Shown here one piece after another: positions 9,286-19,281 of a stretch of DNA of 64,000 bases (positions are counted from its first letter, which is position 1; the number at the start of each line of letters is the position of its first letter). This stretch comes from a virus: the IMG/VR virus record IMGVR_UViG_3300005530_000004, positions 10,873-74,872 of that record; one strand, given 5' to 3'. The notes beneath the pieces are model-generated. The model was not told where the DNA came from. It saw nothing but the letters and a program-made list of their open reading frames with translations, and ran no database searches. The position numbers and the translations under genes were made by a program.

Positions 9286-10728
9286 ATGGGTGCCATTCTT
9301 GACATTTTTCGTAAGGACGCTTTTAATGTAGTTAATTTAACTGCTGCAATAAATAAGCTTCCTTATAAACCAACTAGAATTACCGACATGGGTTTATTCC
9401 AAGAAAAAGGAATAAACACTACTATGGCGGCTGTTGAAGAACGAGATGGAAAGTTAGGGCTATTAACTTCTCGCGCTCGTGGCGTAATGACAGAAATTAA
9501 TACCATTGGTTTGCGAAAAGTTCGTGCGTTCCAAGTTCCTCATATTCCCATCAATGAATCTGTGCTTGCAGATCAAGTGCAAAATTTACGCGCATTTGGT
9601 TCTGCAAATCAAATGGAAACAGTTGCTACTGCAATTAATGAACGATTGCAAAGCATGAAAGATTGGATTGACACGACAAAAGAATATTATCGTGTTAGTT
9701 CTCTGCAAGGCAATTTGTTGGATGGGGATACTACTACTGTTCTTTTTAATTGGTTCAGTGAATTTGGACTTACTCAAACCAGTTATAATGTAGATTTTAC
9801 TTCGTTTAATTCTTTTACTGCACCTGGAGCATTAACTGCTGCCGATGGTGGTGGTAGCGGCTTATTATCTGCTGGTGCATATACTTATAAAGTAACTTTT
9901 GTTACTAGTGCTGGTGAAACTCAAGCTAGTGTTGCAAGTAACTCTATTACTTTAGCAGCTTCTCACAAAATGACTTTAACGGCAATTCCTGTTGGTCCCG
10001 CAGGGACTTTATATAGGAATCTTTATCGTACTACTGCTGGTGGTTCTAGCTATTTATTCTTGACACAAATTTCAGATAATACTACTGTTGGTTATACTGA
10101 TAATATTGCGGATGCAAGTTTGGGTAGCAATGTTGCACCGACTGTTACTAATATTCCTAGCGCTCGTGATCCATATACTTCTGTAATGGACATGAAAAAG
10201 GATGTAGCAACGAAAATTATTCGAGCAATCGAAGATGCTTTGGGCGTTACAATGTATCGTAGCATTCGAGTTCTTTGTGGAAATGCTTTCTGGGATAATT
10301 TTATTAATCATCCAACCGTTATTCATTCTTATGAACGATGGTTGCAAGCTGGTGATACTGGAACTGGTGGAAGCTTTTTCCGAAATCAACAGCGTCAACA
10401 ATTAAATCGTCAGGGAGATTCTGTTGCTCCTGGTGGTTTTGAATTTGCTGGAATGTATTGGGAAAATTATCGTGGCCATATTGGAACAAATTTCTTTGTT
10501 CCTGATAAGGGTGCAATTGCATTTCCTGAAGGCTGTCCAGATTTATTTATTGAACATATTGCTCCTGCACCGTTTATTGAAACGGTCAATACTATTGGTT
10601 TACCGTATTATGCAAAACAAGAACTTATGCGATTTGGTTTAGGTATTGAATTGCACGCAGAGGCTAATCCTTTGCCTATGTGTACTCGCCCCGGTGCTTT
10701 AATTAAATTAACTCAAACTGCACCGTAA
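9286..10728 (+). CDS. major capsid protein (lambda gpE-like) with ~125-aa inserted beta-sandwich
   Basis: DAFNVVNLTAAINKLPYKP, FQVPHIP, APAPFIETVNTIGLPYYAK, EANPLPMCTRP are Phage_cap_E motifs. Confidence 0.9.
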   Translation: MGAILDIFRKDAFNVVNLTAAINKLPYKPTRITDMGLFQEKGINTTMAAVEERDGKLGLLTSRARGVMTEINTIGLRKVRAFQVPHIPINESVLADQVQNLRAFGSANQMETVATAINERLQSMKDWIDTTKEYYRVSSLQGNLLDGDTTTVLFNWFSEFGLTQTSYNVDFTSFNSFTAPGALTAADGGGSGLLSAGAYTYKVTFVTSAGETQASVASNSITLAASHKMTLTAIPVGPAGTLYRNLYRTTAGGSSYLFLTQISDNTTVGYTDNIADASLGSNVAPTVTNIPSARDPYTSVMDMKKDVATKIIRAIEDALGVTMYRSIRVLCGNAFWDNFINHPTVIHSYERWLQAGDTGTGGSFFRNQQRQQLNRQGDSVAPGGFEFAGMYWENYRGHIGTNFFVPDKGAIAFPEGCPDLFIEHIAPAPFIETVNTIGLPYYAKQELMRFGLGIELHAEANPLPMCTRPGALIKLTQTAP

Positions 10729-10781
10729 TATTTATCTAAGGTTTATTTTGACGGAATGTTTATAAGCAGGCGAGGCGATGG

Positions 10782-10855
10782 GTCGGATATGCGGGTATAT
10801 TAATATAAATTAGTTGGGTCCGATTTATATTAATCCCTGCCCGCATATTCTTTTA
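10782..10855 (+). terminator. long hairpin plus U-tract after capsid gene
   Basis: GGATATGCGGG..ATTAATATAAATT / GATTTATATTAAT..CCCGCATATTC followed by TTTT. Confidence 0.55.
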
Positions 10856-10873
10856 TATAAAGAAAAACTAAAA

Positions 10874-11482
10874 ATGCCAAATAAGACTCCTGAGTTTGAA
10901 TTAAAATTATCAGAAGCATTGCATTTTGATAATAAAGATAAAATGCGAAGAACAATAGTAAAATCTATAAATAACATACGAACAAAAAATGGACTGGCTG
11001 AATTATCTCTATCATTTTTTGAAGAAAGCAAGCATCCTAGAGATCATGGAAAATTTGCTTCAAAAGGTGGAAGTGGCGGTAGTGGAAGTGAAGAAAATAA
11101 TGGTGATGAGGCAACATTTAAAGGTGAAAGTTATAATCGTAAAGAAGTACGTAATAAAATAAAAGAAGGTGATGCTAAAGAAAGATTAAGTAAAATTTTA
11201 ACAGGGGCTAAGTGGGCTGGAATAATTGGTGGTGGCGCTGCTGCTGTTGCTACTGGACACCCAATTATTGCTGCCGCTTTATTTGGATATGGAGCAACTA
11301 AAATTGCTTCTAAAATGGCTGCTGCTGCAACTTATGCAACTGCAAAATATGGTACTAAAACTGTAATAGGTGCTAATATTGCTGCCACAAAAATAACGAC
11401 TGCGCCTAGTAGATTTATTTTAAGAAAAGCTGGACAAGGTATATCTGGTATTGTAGATGCAGTTAGTTCTGAATTTAAATAA
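10874..11482 (+). CDS. putative capsid-internal protein with KHPRD tag and hydrophobic Gly/Ala segment
   Basis: ATG 10874 preferred over the TTG inside the hairpin; ELSLSFFEESKHPRDHGKF. Confidence 0.55.
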   Translation: MPNKTPEFELKLSEALHFDNKDKMRRTIVKSINNIRTKNGLAELSLSFFEESKHPRDHGKFASKGGSGGSGSEENNGDEATFKGESYNRKEVRNKIKEGDAKERLSKILTGAKWAGIIGGGAAAVATGHPIIAAALFGYGATKIASKMAAAATYATAKYGTKTVIGANIAATKITTAPSRFILRKAGQGISGIVDAVSSEFK

Positions 11483-11492
11483 GGATATAACA

Positions 11493-12731
11493 ATGATAGA
11501 TAAACGAATATTGTCCAGAAAAAGATTAACAGAGATATCTTTATCATTTAATAATGATATATCTATCCTTGCTGCTTTTGAAGAAAGTAAACATCCTAGA
11601 GATCATGGAAAATTCACATTTAAAAATGGTGGAAAATCCAGTGGTTCTGGCGGTTCTGGAAGCGTTATAAGTTCTGGAAAAAGTAAAAAGAAAAGAAGTG
11701 TCAGAGAAGTTTCTCAACAAGTTTCTCAACAAGTTTCTCAACCTGTCCAGCAACCCAAACAGCAACCTAAGCAACAACAATCTAAGCACGAATTTAAGGA
11801 GTGGGAAAGCCAAATTCGTGCGGTTAGAAATGAAACAATAGCTCAGCAAGCTAGAGAAGGTGAATATCAACCCGAACATGCTGCAAAATCTTCTTTTGCA
11901 GAACATGCTGCAAAAGAAGCTGGAATAATTTATGGTTTAGGTGCAATAAAAAATGTAGGTAAAAAATTCTTTGGTGGAGCTAATAAGACTAAAGAAATAG
12001 TTACTGCGGAAATTGTTCCAGAATCTGCTGAAACAAGAAAAAAGGCTGTTGCTGCTGCAAAAGCTGCTGCTGGACCTAAATTAAAAAAAGCAAGGAAGCT
12101 TACTAATGCTACAGCTAGAAGTGCAGGAATTAAAAATGCTCAAAAAGCTGCTAATGCTGCATATAAAGCTACAATTAAAGATTTAGCAGGAAAAGTTGGT
12201 GCATCTGCTACAGTAGAAGAAGGTGCTACATTAGCTTCAAAAGCTGTTGGTGGTAGTAGATTAAAAAAGGCTGCTAGTGCAATATTTGGAATTGGAACAT
12301 TAATTCCAAGATTAAGTGTTCCTCATTTAGCTATAGCTACAGCTGTTGCTGCTGCTGGATATTATGGATATAAAAAATATCAACAAAAGCAACGACAGCA
12401 TGAAATAATGCAACATGAACGAGAATTAATGAAGGAAGAATCTGAGTCAGCATATAATTCTGATGATGATAGACAATTTAATAAAGAAGTTAGAGAGAAA
12501 ACAGCTAGAGAAGTTGCTAGACAAGCAAGTGTTTATGCCGCCAAGCAATATTCTCAGCAACAAGTTAGTTATCAAAAACAAGCTATTGATGAAGAATTAA
12601 GTACAGGAAGAGTTCAAAGAAAAATGCGTAGATCGGCACGTATTACTGCTTATGCTGCTGCTAAAGAATACGCAAGACAAGAACGTACTCAAGCATATAA
12701 AACTAGAGAGTCAGATAGTTTTCTATACTAA
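11493..12731 (+). CDS. putative capsid-internal/ejected protein with KHPRD tag
   Basis: AAGGA RBS; EISLSF..AAFEESKHPRDHGKF; Ala/Lys-rich body with TM-like LAIATAVAAAGYYGY. Confidence 0.55.
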   Translation: MIDKRILSRKRLTEISLSFNNDISILAAFEESKHPRDHGKFTFKNGGKSSGSGGSGSVISSGKSKKKRSVREVSQQVSQQVSQPVQQPKQQPKQQQSKHEFKEWESQIRAVRNETIAQQAREGEYQPEHAAKSSFAEHAAKEAGIIYGLGAIKNVGKKFFGGANKTKEIVTAEIVPESAETRKKAVAAAKAAAGPKLKKARKLTNATARSAGIKNAQKAANAAYKATIKDLAGKVGASATVEEGATLASKAVGGSRLKKAASAIFGIGTLIPRLSVPHLAIATAVAAAGYYGYKKYQQKQRQHEIMQHERELMKEESESAYNSDDDRQFNKEVREKTAREVARQASVYAAKQYSQQQVSYQKQAIDEELSTGRVQRKMRRSARITAYAAAKEYARQERTQAYKTRESDSFLY

Positions 12732-12734
12732 TAT

Positions 12735-13286
12735 ATGATAACAGTCACAGTAAAAATAGACCTTAAAAAACTTAAAAAATTTCAAGGTCTATTAAAAAGA
12801 GATTTAAGAGCTGGTGGACAAACTTCTGGTGGTTCACCAATTAATAATGCTTTTAAGCAATGGGGTGTTCGTGTAAGAAGTTATTTACAACAAAGATTTG
12901 TATTATATTCTCGTGGTGGTGGAGATTGGGCACCATTAAAACCATCTACAATTAGAGCTAGAAGAGGTTCCAAAAAAGGTAAACGTAACTCAGTAGCAAT
13001 ATTAAGAGATACTGGAACTTTATATAATGCACTTTCACCAGAATTTACTGGAAAACCTGGTGCGATAGAAGAAAAAATACCTTATGGAGTAAGAATAGGG
13101 TATGGTGGTCCAGGAAGATACACTAATAAATATGGTGGAGTAGCTACCATTGCAGATATTGCTAGTTTTCATCAAGTGGGTGCTGGGTATTTACCAAAAC
13201 GTGAAATTATTGTATTACCAGACGATCATACTTTAGAGTTAATGTCAGAGGATATGTTAAGAGCTTTAGATAAGATGAATAGATAA
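12735..13286 (+). CDS. Mu gpG-like virion morphogenesis/tail completion protein
   Basis: WAPLKPSTIRARR, ILRDTGTL, ASFHQVG..LPKREII. Confidence 0.8.
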   Translation: MITVTVKIDLKKLKKFQGLLKRDLRAGGQTSGGSPINNAFKQWGVRVRSYLQQRFVLYSRGGGDWAPLKPSTIRARRGSKKGKRNSVAILRDTGTLYNALSPEFTGKPGAIEEKIPYGVRIGYGGPGRYTNKYGGVATIADIASFHQVGAGYLPKREIIVLPDDHTLELMSEDMLRALDKMNR

Positions 13287-13843
13287 TGCCACCTACTCCT
13301 GCAAATAACGACGGCTTTATTGTAAATCCATTTACTTTGGTATTTGATGCTCTTTGGAGCATATTAGAAAATTCTCCACAATTTACGGCTGATGTAAAAG
13401 CCGGTAATAGAATACATTTAAATAGGACTAATGATCCTAATGCTTTAAAACCAGAAATACAAGATAGTGATCTTCCAGAAGTAATATTAACATCTGCTGG
13501 TTCAGGAACAATAGGATTATTTGTAACATCATCTACAAGTAAAATAATAAAACGATATCAGTTTTTAATTTCTACTGGAGATCAGAGAGTTCAGAATTAC
13601 TTAAATCAGGTTCAGTTCGACATATTTGCAGCATTCACTGGTTGGCAAGATTTATTGGGGCAATTAATTTGGCCAGTAAATTCCGGTAGAAATTTTGTAA
13701 AGCGTGGAGATTTAGTAGATTGTGAAGAGGGCTTATCTAATTCTGAAAGAAATCGTGGAATAGTTGGCTGGTCATCAATTTGGTCCGCAGAAGTCGAAAT
13801 GCACTTTGCAACAAGTGATTTAAAGGCATATCGTGGTTATTAA
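13286..13843 (+). CDS. probable tail terminator
   Basis: Position between tail completion and tail tube genes; size; SDLPEVIL. Confidence 0.5.
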   Translation: MPPTPANNDGFIVNPFTLVFDALWSILENSPQFTADVKAGNRIHLNRTNDPNALKPEIQDSDLPEVILTSAGSGTIGLFVTSSTSKIIKRYQFLISTGDQRVQNYLNQVQFDIFAAFTGWQDLLGQLIWPVNSGRNFVKRGDLVDCEEGLSNSERNRGIVGWSSIWSAEVEMHFATSDLKAYRGY

Positions 13844-13847
13844 ATAT

Positions 13848-14243
13848 ATGGATATACCTCTATTTGAACATGAAATTTCTTTGGTCTTATCATTTGATGA
13901 AAACAAACACCCAAGAGATAAAGAAGGTAAGTTTAAGACATATTATCACGGATCACCTAATCCAAATATTGAAGTATTAAAAGCTGGTAGCTATGTAACT
14001 AAGCATTTATATATTGCTAAGATAATGGGTATACATAATAAAAGAAACAAAAAAGTTTGGAATGATAAAGATTTAACGAAGCCATATAAATTTGGTAGTA
14101 AAATAAAATTTAAAAGTAAAAATAAATTTTCTGGTAAGCCAATTATTTATAAATTAGAAGTTAAAGATGAAGATATTGATTTTTTAAACAATCCTTTTGA
14201 GCATACAATTAAAGTACCAATTAAAGTTATTAAATTAATCTAA
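13848..14243 (+). CDS. ADP-ribosyltransferase-like protein with KHPRD tag
   Basis: LVLSFDENKHPRDKEGKF then YYHGS..SYVTK..IA..IYKLEV..FEH, the H-G-S / Y-x-T / terminal E pattern of Arr/PARP-like ARTs. Confidence 0.55.
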   Translation: MDIPLFEHEISLVLSFDENKHPRDKEGKFKTYYHGSPNPNIEVLKAGSYVTKHLYIAKIMGIHNKRNKKVWNDKDLTKPYKFGSKIKFKSKNKFSGKPIIYKLEVKDEDIDFLNNPFEHTIKVPIKVIKLI

Positions 14244-14265
14244 GGTAATAGGAGATTGAAAATCT

Positions 14266-15165
14266 ATGGGATATCATTCTGGAAAGTTCGGTGTTATCAA
14301 CAATGTTCCTGCAATGATTAGCTGGAGCATTGAAGATGATTCTGATACAAAAGAAGCTGTTAATTCACAAACTTATTCAATGCCAATGCAGCTTCCCGGT
14401 GTAAATCATTGGTCGGGAAGTATTGAACAAAACGGTGCAAATCCGGTTGCAGGATTAATGCCTGGAGCCATATTTGCATTTCAAGGATATACTGCACCAG
14501 ATAATGATACTGCTTCTGGAACTGGGAGCATATATTCTGGAAATATAATGGTCGAAAGAATGACGTTAGCACTTAATTGGGAAACAGGTGACGTAGAAAA
14601 GATTTCTTATGAATTCCAAGGTGCATTAGGTTTAACTTTTGCTACTGGACAAGCAGCATTAACAGATGTTACTACGCCAAATTATTACGGAACAAAACAA
14701 TTACCTACACCGCAAGTTGCAGTAGCAAATGCAGCTGGAAGTTGGATTCCGGGATCTTTTGTTGCTTGGCCAAATGTTTCGCAATTATCTATATCTATTT
14801 CAAATGAAGTTCAATCAGTAGTCAATTCATCTACTGGTGGAAATACAGATAAAAAAGCTGGTCCTTGGAAAATGGAAGTTACTGCGACTGAGCAAGAAAT
14901 ATTGCGAGCATTATTTGAAAAAGATAATATTCTTCATTTAAAGGTGTTCACTAAGCCGGATTCCTCCCAATTTTGGGACATTAAATGGCTGCACGTAAAG
15001 AATTTTACCGGCATTCAAATTAGCCGTGAAAGCGGAGCTATTATTACTAGAAATGTTAGCTTACCTTTCCAAGCTTACGATAATGAAGCTACTCCAATTT
15101 TAGGTGCAATAACTTTACCTGGCGCCGGTAGTGATTGGTGGCCATCTGTTGCTGGTGGTGCGTAA
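14266..15165 (+). CDS. major tail tube protein
   Basis: GYHSGKFG, SWSIE, HWSGSIE, ISYEFQG; precedes chaperone and TMP; GGAGA RBS. Confidence 0.75.
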   Translation: MGYHSGKFGVINNVPAMISWSIEDDSDTKEAVNSQTYSMPMQLPGVNHWSGSIEQNGANPVAGLMPGAIFAFQGYTAPDNDTASGTGSIYSGNIMVERMTLALNWETGDVEKISYEFQGALGLTFATGQAALTDVTTPNYYGTKQLPTPQVAVANAAGSWIPGSFVAWPNVSQLSISISNEVQSVVNSSTGGNTDKKAGPWKMEVTATEQEILRALFEKDNILHLKVFTKPDSSQFWDIKWLHVKNFTGIQISRESGAIITRNVSLPFQAYDNEATPILGAITLPGAGSDWWPSVAGGA

Positions 15166-15210
15166 TATTTTCACGTATTTCTTTTTCAACCTTTAAGTAG
15201 ATAACTTAAT

Positions 15211-15693
15211 ATGGATAGTGCAAATATAAATGATTCAACTATAACTGGTGCTGCTAGGCCACTTATATTTGCAGATGGAACGCAAATACTTCTTAGTCCA
15301 TTAGGCGATAAAGATGTAACAGAATTAGATAATTGGGTTAAAGCCAAATATCTACATGATGCACGCTCAACCATTCCAGAAAATGCAACAGAAGAACAAA
15401 AGGATCGTATAGAAAGAATTGCGCAACAAACTGCAACAACTTTATGTTGGTGGATGGGGCACGGCGCATCTATTATGGCAAGCATAGATGGAATGACACA
15501 AGTCATTTATCAATCTGCCAAAAAGAATAATCCTAATATTACTTACGATGAAATTCACTCTAAATTATTTGTCCACGAAAATTTAGATTTGGCAAATGAG
15601 GCAATTTCTAAGACAAATAACTTAAACACTGAATTGAAAAAAAAGAAGGTGGCAGTACAAGTAAAATATCTGAAGAAAAAAGGTTCAAGATAA
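15211..15693 (+). CDS. tail assembly chaperone (gpG-like)
   Basis: Between tail tube and TMP; carries slippery A AAA AAG at 15639-15645. Confidence 0.75.
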   Translation: MDSANINDSTITGAARPLIFADGTQILLSPLGDKDVTELDNWVKAKYLHDARSTIPENATEEQKDRIERIAQQTATTLCWWMGHGASIMASIDGMTQVIYQSAKKNNPNITYDEIHSKLFVHENLDLANEAISKTNNLNTELKKKKVAVQVKYLKKKGSR

Positions 15694-15908
15694 AAAAGAG
15701 GAGATATAGAACATTAGCTAAATTATATGGATGGACATTTGATGTAATAGCAAATATGACAGAGGAACAGCAAGACATAGCTTTAGAGGAAGACAAAGAA
15801 GAGGAAGGTTCTAACAACACTGACCCAAATATTTTATCATTCAAAGATGATAGAGAATATCAAGCATATTTAGCTAATATATCTAATTCAAATGCCAATA
15901 AAAGATAA
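15633..15908 (+). CDS. -1 frameshift extension of tail chaperone (gpGT-like), missing from ORF track
   Basis: -1 frame open 15633-15908: ..RYRTLAKLYGWTFDVIANMTEEQQDIAL..; opens just before the slippery site. Confidence 0.8.
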   Translation: MEKKEGGSTSKISEEKRFKIKKRRYRTLAKLYGWTFDVIANMTEEQQDIALEEDKEEEGSNNTDPNILSFKDDREYQAYLANISNSNANKR

Positions 15909-18441
15909 AAACAAAGTCCAGATAGATATAACTGGTAATGAGGCACAACTTAATGAATCTTTAAAAGATTCAGAAAGTGTTATTGCCAGTTTTGGAAAAA
16001 AGATTACTAGCTCTTTTAGTAAAATAATTTCTATATCTAATGATTTAAAAAATGGAGTTGTTGATACTTTTACTAGAGGGTCACAAGCAGTAATAGATTT
16101 CACTAATAACCTAAAAGATTCATCTATCGCTGCTGGTTCTCTTAGAAGTGTTTGGCAAAGAACACAATCATATTTAGCAAACTATATATTAGATGTACGA
16201 GAAGTAATAATCTTACATAAAGATTTAGCAAAGGTAAATCAATTAGTTGATAAGTCTACAGGATACTCCACCAAATCTCTGCAAATATATGCTGAACATT
16301 TAGAAAAGATAACAAAATTCTCCGCTGAGACTACAAAAAGTGCAATGCAATTAATAATGCACTTTCGTAATATTCACGGAGACGACTTCCTTGCAGCAAC
16401 TCGCGCAGCACAAGATTTAGCCACTGAATTGCGAACAGATTTAAATTCTGCTGCGCAATTAGTTGGAGAATCTTTAAATGATCCAGTAGCAGCCTTGCAG
16501 AAATTGGCTTCTGCAAACATATTCTTTACTGAAAGCGAAGAAAAAGCTGTTAAAAGAGCTATGGAGGCTAATAATGTATTATTAGCCCAAAATTTAATAC
16601 TAGGAAAATTAAATAAATCTTTTGGTGGTGCTGCAAAAGCTGCTGGTGATACATTCTATGGGAAGCTGGATAGACTTAAAAATGTATTGCATACTATAGG
16701 AACTAAAATAGGTGAGACTGTATATAATAGATTTAATCAAATATTTAATGAGATGTATAAGGGTAGTAGAATATTTGATACAATAATACAAAAAATAACT
16801 GACTGGGGCAATATAACTATAGCAACTATTGACACCTTACTACCTAAAATATTTGATTTTATTGGTAGTTTTAAACTCAATTTCGAAATAATATATGACT
16901 GGTTGATAGATGCAACGATAAATACTTTTACTGTTGTCCAAACTATTATTTCTCATGCTAGTGAAATAATACATGAATTAAATCTGTTTCTTTTCTCATC
17001 TTTTTCTAAGATATGGTCAGGTATTGCAGAAATATTTACTGTGATACTACCTAAATCATATCAATACATGGCAGAGGTATTTTCTAATGTTATAAACAAT
17101 ATAATAAAAGGCGCAGAATCATTTTGGTACAAAATGAAATTGTTTTCTATTGTTGCTTTTAATAATATATCATTGGAGATAGTGAAGTTCTTTATAAAAG
17201 TTGAAAAATGGCTAATTCAATTAGGGTCAATGTTAATTCCTTGGGTTCGTTCTTTATCAATACCTTTAAGACTTTTATTTGGTGTTACACTTAGTGATAT
17301 ACTAAATAAAGCAGAAAAGGCATTAGATGATTTCGTTGATAAATCAAAACAAGCATACCCAGAATTATTTTCAGGATATAATTTTGAGAACCCGTTCAAA
17401 AATGTTGATATTCCTGATTTTAGTGAGTCTGTTGATGATATAAAAGCCAGTATGAATTTGACAACTGAATGGGGTAAGTTATTAGATAATATATCTAATA
17501 ATTTTGGTGATGAATTTAAAGATAATGTTGAAAAGAATAAAAAACAATTTAATTCACTAATAAATGATATTAAAAATAAGGCAAAAGGACAAAAACTTCT
17601 CGAAGACCCTAGACTTAAAATAGAACAAGATAGACGTAAAGATGATTTGAAAAAAGAAAAAGGTTTTGTGTCTAAAATGGTTTCTGGCTTAGAGGAGTTT
17701 TGGTATAAAGGTGCCAGCGAACAATCTAAAAATACGTCTGCTATTAAAGAAAATACAGCAGCTCTTAAGAATGAAAAGAAAAAAACTCCAGCCGAGCTAA
17801 AAAAAGAAAATGTAGAGAAAAAAGAAAATAAAGCAAAGAATGCAGATGAAGATAAGGCTGCAAAACGTCGAGAGCAACAAGAAAAGAGGTTTAATTATCT
17901 ACGTAAGCAAGGGAGAGTAAAAGAGGTTTTATCCGAAGAAGAAACCCAGAAAAAAGAAAATGAAAAACTAGATCGCACTCATGCCATGCAAGTAAGACTT
18001 CATGGAATGAGTGACAAAGAAATAAAAGAATTAAATGAGCTTTCAGATAAAGCTCGTGATGGCAATGCGTCTACTAATGAAATAGATAGAATGTTTGAAT
18101 TAAACCAGAAAGAGATGGATAGAGCAGAGAAGATTTCTAGGATGAAGAAGAAAAGTGAATCTGGACGTGAGGAACTTATAGCCAGGGCTAAGCAAAATAG
18201 AGAGCGTCAAGAATTATTATCTGGTATGGGAAGCAAAACTAATAATTTTGCTATTGATAAAAATACAAAAGCATCTAAAGCTAGTGCAAGCAATAGGGGC
18301 GATTCTAAAAAAGAATTGTCGCAAGATAATGTTAAAGTAGCAATGAGAGATGCTAATAGAGATTTGATATCTGAATTAAGACAAGTTACTAAGAATACAA
18401 AAGAAGCTGCCGATAATTTAAAGAAAATTGGATCAGCCTGA
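15892..18441 (+). CDS. tail tape measure protein
   Basis: 849 aa helical; AAQDLAT, LVGESLNDPVAALQKL, SFGGAAKAAGDT. Confidence 0.9.
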   Translation: MPIKDKNKVQIDITGNEAQLNESLKDSESVIASFGKKITSSFSKIISISNDLKNGVVDTFTRGSQAVIDFTNNLKDSSIAAGSLRSVWQRTQSYLANYILDVREVIILHKDLAKVNQLVDKSTGYSTKSLQIYAEHLEKITKFSAETTKSAMQLIMHFRNIHGDDFLAATRAAQDLATELRTDLNSAAQLVGESLNDPVAALQKLASANIFFTESEEKAVKRAMEANNVLLAQNLILGKLNKSFGGAAKAAGDTFYGKLDRLKNVLHTIGTKIGETVYNRFNQIFNEMYKGSRIFDTIIQKITDWGNITIATIDTLLPKIFDFIGSFKLNFEIIYDWLIDATINTFTVVQTIISHASEIIHELNLFLFSSFSKIWSGIAEIFTVILPKSYQYMAEVFSNVINNIIKGAESFWYKMKLFSIVAFNNISLEIVKFFIKVEKWLIQLGSMLIPWVRSLSIPLRLLFGVTLSDILNKAEKALDDFVDKSKQAYPELFSGYNFENPFKNVDIPDFSESVDDIKASMNLTTEWGKLLDNISNNFGDEFKDNVEKNKKQFNSLINDIKNKAKGQKLLEDPRLKIEQDRRKDDLKKEKGFVSKMVSGLEEFWYKGASEQSKNTSAIKENTAALKNEKKKTPAELKKENVEKKENKAKNADEDKAAKRREQQEKRFNYLRKQGRVKEVLSEEETQKKENEKLDRTHAMQVRLHGMSDKEIKELNELSDKARDGNASTNEIDRMFELNQKEMDRAEKISRMKKKSESGREELIARAKQNRERQELLSGMGSKTNNFAIDKNTKASKASASNRGDSKKELSQDNVKVAMRDANRDLISELRQVTKNTKEAADNLKKIGSA

Positions 18442-18442
18442 T

Positions 18443-19243
18443 ATGTACAGCATAATCCCATGCGCTGAAAAGCATGACAGTTTAGAAGAAAATTTTTCTA
18501 TACTTGAAGCTCCAGAAGCTAGAGTCACTTTACAATGTGCATATGCAGATAGATATGCTTTGGTTTCTGATTTATTATTAAATCGTAGACCGTGGCCGTA
18601 TTATACTGCGCCGTTCATGCCATTGGCCACAACTTGCAGTATTACAAATATTCCAGGAAAATATACTACTGATGCTACAAAGCAAGCAATATTTTATGAA
18701 ACAAGTGAAGTTACTGTAAATTACACAAGTAAATTTCAAGATTTATATTCTGAAGAAATAGAGCCAACATCTGAATTTCAAACTATAGACAATAAGTTAT
18801 TTAGATGGGTAAGTGGTGGACCGTTATCGGAAGATACAGAAGTAGGGTTTCTACGCAGAGGTTTAATGTTATCTAAAACATATTTTGATGTTTTAGATCC
18901 TTTACCAGACTTTCTAATAAGTTATGTAGGATTTGTAAATTCTGATACTGTTGTAAATTCAATGGGATTTGTATTTACACCAGAAACATTACTTTTTGTG
19001 CCGCCGCATTTATCAAGAACTGTAAGATTTGATTCTACAAATGCTTGGCAAGTAGGTACAAAATTTATGTATAAAAGACCATTTCCATCTGACGACCCAA
19101 ATCCAGGATGGAATACATTTTGGAACCCAAGCACACAATTGCATGAAAGAATGGTTGTAAAAGAAAATATGTTTGGTTTTGGTACACCATCAGAACCATA
19201 TTATCAATATCCATTAGCACCGTTTACAAGTGTATTTTTCTAA
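18443..19243 (+). CDS. distal tail/hub protein (putative)
   Basis: Directly after TMP; ATG 18443 just past the TMP stop. Confidence 0.45.
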   Translation: MYSIIPCAEKHDSLEENFSILEAPEARVTLQCAYADRYALVSDLLLNRRPWPYYTAPFMPLATTCSITNIPGKYTTDATKQAIFYETSEVTVNYTSKFQDLYSEEIEPTSEFQTIDNKLFRWVSGGPLSEDTEVGFLRRGLMLSKTYFDVLDPLPDFLISYVGFVNSDTVVNSMGFVFTPETLLFVPPHLSRTVRFDSTNAWQVGTKFMYKRPFPSDDPNPGWNTFWNPSTQLHERMVVKENMFGFGTPSEPYYQYPLAPFTSVFF

Positions 19244-19281
19244 ACTGGTGTATTTTTCTAAGCAGATAAGCAGATAAATTT

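Noticed and set aside
9802-10180. Intein or intron in the capsid gene
   Set aside because: No intein-like N-terminal block or His-Asn end; frame continuous; looks like a beta-sandwich
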